NCBI GenBank assembly: GCA_905178155.1
Contig: CAJINV010000003.1
Location: forward strand, 10,855,367-10,919,366
Length of the DNA stretch: 64,000 nt
Direction: 5' to 3'
Source of the DNA: Amoebophrya sp. A120
Lineage: Eukaryota; Protista; Dinoflagellata
In this document: piece after piece, positions 58,719 through 64,000 of the stretch
How positions within the stretch are numbered: the first letter of the stretch is position 1
How the letters are laid out: every line of letters starts with the position of its first letter
Program-made: the position numbers and the translations under genes
The notes under the pieces: model-generated
Told to the model about the DNA's origin: nothing
Database searches by the model: none
Seen by the model: only the letters and a program-made list of their open reading frames with translations

Positions 58719-60883
58719 ATGGAGAATCGGTGCCGGCGCTTGTTGGAGGTGATGCGCACCCTGCAAACTCTGTGGGGCGGCGGCTACCGGGTTCCGGGAA
58801 CGGGGGAGTTTATCAAATGTAAAAATGTCTGGGTCTGGAAGATTCCGAGATTTGTCATGCAGTATTTCCAAGGTCCACCAAGTCTGGAATGCAGGGCATA
58901 GCATCACAGGTTCTGCAGCCCCTTGCTGATGCCCATTATGCATGAGAAATGCCCTCTGAGCATGGCGAGAAATGGGGACCTTTTGCAAGTCATGCAACAC
59001 AGATTTTTGTATCATCCGCAACACGCATCACAAGTTCGTATTCTTCCAGACCCAGACTGACATTTTTACATTTGATGGAGTTGCAGTCGCTGCAATTTCC
59101 GAATTTTTGTGCGGAAAAGACGCAGGTTCTTCAGTTGGATGCAAACCTCGTGAAATTTATGGAAACAAAAGGAAAGCTGAGTGCTGAAACGACAGCCAAA
59201 GTGGCCGCACTGTTTGGAATAAGAATCGAAGATGCAGCAACTGCCATAGGACCAGGATCGGCCGCAACTGCAACTACCTTGAGAGACGTTGACGTGGCCT
59301 CCAAAAGCTCAGAGAATAGACCTGCTGTGGCCCCCAGCAGCACTAACGCGGACATCCACATCGGGGCTGCAACCGGAAGCGCAGCGACTGCAGCTGGTGC
59401 CCCAAACGCTGCGCCAGTATCATCCACCGTACCTGCGAAAGTGAAAAATAAAGGTGGCTCATCCGGTATGTGCTGTTGTGCCCAGGACGGTGACGCACAG
59501 GGTGCGGAGGCCGAAGCGGCGGCCGTGCCTGACGTCAAGGGCCTGGCACGATTTTCGATTGCATCGATCGACGATATTAGGGCTGGCGAGGGTGAGGAGG
59601 GAGATCCGCTGGCCGCTCTAGCACAAGGGCAAGATGATCCTAGAAGTACCAACAAGAATAATACGAATGGTGCTACCAGCGGACTACAGCTAAATGATTC
59701 GCCCGTCGTATCACCGCAAGCGCAAGAGGGAGCTGCCGACGGCCAGACAACGTTCGAGATCCTCTCTGGTGCCCCAGTCAAGGGCACAACCGCGATGGGG
59801 GTCGCTCGCAGTCGGGCGGAGAGCGGTGACAAGCGAGTCGTTGCTTTGAATGCCGCTGCAGCATTCAAGGTGGGCGGGGGTGCCTTGACCGGGGGTCGGC
59901 ATGCGCTCGAGGAGTCGTGGTGTGCGACCACGACGCTGCTCCGCAGTTTGTTGCAGGCACAATTTATGGTAGAGCGTGGATCCATCGGACCGCGCAGCAT
60001 TTCTTCCGGTCTACTCAAAGACAATCGTGCTTCAGTAGCAAGTGCCGCAACCACTCGCAGTCCGCGGATGAGTGCCAACGTCAGGGTGACCACCACCTCG
60101 ACTGCGGCGACTACTCCAGCGCAGTCCAGCACGCATCATGGGGCAGAAAAACGATATTTTCCGAGTTACTCATGCGTGATGTCACCCAAGGTAGAAATTT
60201 TCCGCGGGTCCATCTTCGACAACTACAGATTCTTGCCGAACTATCAAGGCAAAAAAGTTCTTCGTCACGAAAACTCATTGGGTTCGGCTTCGGGGGCGGG
60301 CATGAGCTTTGCAATACAAGCAGCATATTTATTGTCTGCGAAGATGATCCATAAGAAAGCATCACAGGGAGTTGAATTGTCAAGTAGTATGCGATGTGAT
60401 TACGGATGTGATTGCTTTTCTGCAACAAAAGAAAAAGTTGGAATCTTCCTTCGCAGGAGATGAAAGCTTCTGCAAAACCCTCCAAACCTGCCGATGAATA
60501 GTGACTAAAGCGATCTTTTTTCCTTCCACGCCCAACCAGTGGCGCTCGCTGGCGTGGTGTCCATTGCGGCCTTCAACTGTAATCCGAGTGTGCGTGACGC
60601 TCCCATCGACGCTCCGCAGGACCCCAGTGCGTATCGAGACGGGCTCCGCCGAAAGTGGTTTGTGGCACTGTGCGGCGCCGCACTTCTAGAAGGTCAGGTT
60701 CTTGTAGTTCCGGACGTCGGCTGCGGCGTGTTTCGAAACCCGCCCGAGGAAGTGGGCGACGCTTTTGCGTTTGTGTACTCGCAGTTTTTCGCCAACACAT
60801 TTGAGCGCGTTGTTCTCTTAGGGAATCCAGCTTTTTGCGAGCGTGCTGCCGCCGGGGCCGCAGTCGTAGTCCGAGCGCAGTGA
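58719..60883 (+). CDS. Microbial-type poly(ADP-ribose) glycohydrolase-like macrodomain protein (TIGR02452/DUF2263-like)
   Basis: VVALNAAAAFKVGGGALTGGRHALEESWC..TLLRSL, SPKVEIFRG, VVSIAAFN, LVVPDVGCGVFRNPPEEVGDAF. Introns at 58811-59077 and ~60242-60530. Confidence 0.82.
58811..59077. mobile_element. Non-canonical inverted-repeat intron, family TATCAAATG..TCTGGGTCTGGAA
   Basis: Perfect GAGTT direct repeats. atcaaatgtaaaaatgtc..tgggtctggaaga is inverted at the right end. TTGTCATGCA at 58852. Confidence 0.92.
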
Positions 60884-62195
60884 AGTGGACGAGCTCGTCC
60901 TCGCCGCAACTCTGTTTCGGTTTCCTTCTTCTTCTTCTTCACCTTCCTCTTCAGGAAGCAGGAGCATCAGTATATTCGACTCGCGAAAAATTTTGCGGAA
61001 AGGCAGCAGCTCTTGGTGCTACCAGCGGGAGCCTATCGCTTTCCTTGTGTATGATGAATGTCTGCCTAGTACTACTACCGAGGGCTTATTTAACATTGAT
61101 TGCAGGTTTCATTTACATTTTAATATCATACTGTGAGATGTTTATATATTGCGTTTGCGCTTGAATCGACGAGGGCCGCAGAGTTTTCGTAGAGGGCGGC
61201 AAGAACTGATTTCGCGTGCGTATCTTTCTACGAGGCTGCTCTTGATGTGAGTTTCCATTGAGGACAGGAGACTATTGAGGTGGTGGAAAATCAAAGAGGC
61301 GAAGTAGAAGGCTTCTTAGCTGCATCAAAAACCACCTCAAACTTTTGACGCGTCTACGCTTTCGTCGAGAATGACGATGGTAGGATCTTCCGCACGTTAA
61401 CGTCTTCTGTTCTTGTTTCAATACTTTAATATAATACCAAAAGAGCTGCATCAGATTCAGAGTACTCCTTGTCAGTGATGTGCGATTTTGCGAATGAGTA
61501 GATGCTGGCGGAGCAGCTCTGTGAAGGTGAACAAAAAACAAAATAAAGAATAGGACGGAGTGGAGATGATTTTTGGTGCACTCTGTTATTTCCTCTGTGA
61601 GCGAGTGTGTCAGTGTCCAAAGCTGAGAGTCCGCTCTGAAGCGCACTATTTGCAGCGCTTTTTGTTATTTTTTTATTGGTTCAGCATCAGTGTGACTGTT
61701 TATCACGTCTAGCAGACCGGTCGGTGATATGGTGAATCTTCCGGTCGCGGGCAATGGCCGTGTGCCAGCTGCTTAACAAAAAACACGGACTCACGAAGAT
61801 CTAACAAGATGGCCCGCTCGTCGGTGGTGCGCGGTTCCGCCGCGGCCCGCTTGCTTGTTGGTGTTATCCCGCATGAACACGTCCACAACTGCCCATGTTT
61901 GTGATTCAAATCTGCAAGCCTAAGAGTAAGATGTGTATGTTTGTGCTTCTCAGGCACGGCTCCATGAGGATCATTTTCTAAAAATACTAGCAGTTGCACA
62001 GGACGAGGAGTCCTTCTTGCTAGACGCAAGTTGCGCCGGCCCATCTCAATTTATTGTGACGTGGCTTCGCTAGCTACCGACGATCGTCATTATGCGAGCC
62101 CAAAGTTGTAGTCGCGCAGTCTGGTATTTCTACTGCCGGCCCAAACGTGTCATGTGCAGCATCAGGAATCAAAGCTTGTTATTTGTTGATTTGCG

Positions 62196-63780
62196 TTGCG
62201 AAGGCCCCATCTTCAGGACTCTTCTGAGGCGGGGACGTGTTTAGACAGGATAGGCGTCCTAGGAGCAAGCACGCCTTTAATACGGACTGTATATGGTATC
62301 GGGGAAAATCAACCGTGGCCAATCGGAGGTATCCTGGACTACAAGTGCAAGGAATGCCACTGCCCCGATCCTTCCCTGGCGGACCAGATTCTGACGGATT
62401 TGGAAAGTTCCTGCAACATCCCTAAGTCGATGGGGCTCGGCACCGTCGACGATGTTAGCGCAGGGGTTACCGAGTCGCTGATCTACCACTCGAAGTGGAC
62501 GCAGACATCGCAGGTGCACCCGGATTTAATGGATCACCTGTGCATCTCGCCCATTTGCCGATGGCGCATCGAGATGGCGTACGACGCATTCGCTGAGTGC
62601 GATACGCTTGATTTGCCGGAAAAGGCAAAGACCACATCCTGGAGGCATTACAGCGAGCTGTCGCTTACTGTGGTCAAGCACTTTGTCATGGTGCTTAAGT
62701 CCTCGAAGGAAGCTTGCAAGTCGACCACCAGCCCCAAGAATATCCACACAGGGTACTATTATTTGGGACCAGTTAATATGTCCGCAGCGTAATTTGATAA
62801 TTGATAAAATATACTTGCAAAACAAAATCCGCTTTTCTTCTGGTATTTTGATATCTTCCACTTCCTCTGTGTGCGACGTTTGCGCTCGTTCCATGGTGGT
62901 TAGGAGCGCAAAGCGTCAAGAAGCGGATGGCGAACGTGAGTGCGCTATCTGTGAGTGAGCAAATAAACTCGTGCGCTCAGACAGTATGACATTTTCATTC
63001 GATGTCATCGGAAAACTACTTAAGTAGATAGATTTAGGATCTTCAACAGCCATTACTGTCGATGGACAAACAGGGCCCTAATCCACCAGAAGCTGCAGAT
63101 AACGGGCATAGACGTGCGTAGTGACACAACGATGCGGGAGGGTGAGCTCGCTTTCCGAATGGCCCTCGCTTCCCTTCTGGATGTACCGATGCGCCGTCTG
63201 GATGTGCGGCTGGAGATGCAGCCCGAATTATGCAAACCCGATGCTGAAGACAACGCCCGGGGTACCTCGTGTAAAAACGTCCTCTCGCGCGACCCATAAT
63301 AACTCAAAGACGCATCTTTGGCACACACTTGGCCGCTTCGCACTCCAACTCTGGTTCTTCAATGTAGGCTTCGTCAATGTAGTTACATCTGTGCTATCAT
63401 CTTTTGCATTCACAATCACAGCATCGAACACATCGATCACCCTGTAGTGTTGATTTTCAAAGCATGTTGACAAGCTTTCAGAGTCCACTGACATCCAAAA
63501 TTCTTTTCATGATCATGAGGCGGCGCAAACGCACGAGTAAGTAAAGCTCTGTTCGGCACGCCGATTCGCTTGGTAAGTATAATTGGGAGAAAGGGATGCT
63601 TTTACACAGGATGTGGAACCCCCAAGTCACCAAGCCGCACGCTTTTCGTAATCCAGTTTGTGAGCATTCTCAATGCGGTTACGGTCAATGCGTGAGCAAC
63701 GAGGATGGCGACGGTTACACATGCCTCTGCAACGAGTGCTACAAGCTCGGCACTGTGAATGGGTATAAATCGACGTGTGG
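62196..63780 (+). CDS. Cys-rich extracellular protein with EGF-like domain, partial
   Basis: Open segments ~62240-62745, ~63110-63290 and ~63610-63760. EGF-like CEHSQCGYGQCVSNEDGDGYTCLCNECY. Boundaries unresolved, probably continues beyond the window. Confidence 0.55.
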
Positions 63781-64000
63781 TTGTACTTGTAGAAGCCATT
63801 TTGCGACTTTTGTATATGTTCTTAGCACGTGCCTTCATTTCGTGTTTTCCATTCGATGAAGTGCGATTTTTCATCCAGTAGTGAATTGGGGGCCACTTCT
63901 ACTTCTGAAGGTATCAAACTTGTGTTCCCGACGAGATTTGCTTTTTCAAAAATCCCTGCGACACGTACCCGTCGCCCTGCAAATGTGGATCGCAGTGCGA

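Noticed and set aside
5023-59077. Elements as ciliate-type IESs excised from DNA
   Set aside because: TA-like ends are suggestive, but there is no evidence of germline/soma dimorphism here and the junction repeat is a variable 5-mer rather than TA. Element-free genomic reads would be needed to revive the idea.
1-64000. CRISPR array, rRNA, tRNA or prokaryotic operon
   Set aside because: No regularly spaced repeats or recognisable structural RNA genes. The sequence is eukaryotic, and the hairpins are intron termini, not terminators.

Overview
Eukaryotic, intron-rich DNA in which every recognisable gene lies on the + strand. Together with abundant non-GT-AG introns, this points by inference to the parasitic syndinian dinoflagellate Amoebophrya or a relative. 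Genes in order: Tubby-domain protein (3' part), a TTLL3/8-like tubulin ligase, a polycystin-like channel, a Cys-rich class-3 lipase, two hypothetical genes, a ~19-kb gene for a giant repeat/LamG/RCC1-like surface protein, a single-exon hypothetical gene, a microbial-type PARG (TIGR02452-like) and the start of an EGF-containing protein. A complete Ty1/copia LTR retrotransposon (6853-14246, GTTAG target duplication) sits inside a canonical TTLL intron. Main result: about 35 coding interruptions share one grammar, [5-bp direct repeat]-TAT...inverted repeats...ATA-[5-bp direct repeat]. Removing the element plus exactly 5 nt restores the frame and protein motifs, usually without GT-AG. The elements fall into at least five inverted-repeat families, yet most carry an internal TTGTCATGCA-type box in either orientation, which I did not see in the canonical introns I read. 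All splice models were derived by hand, without RNA data.
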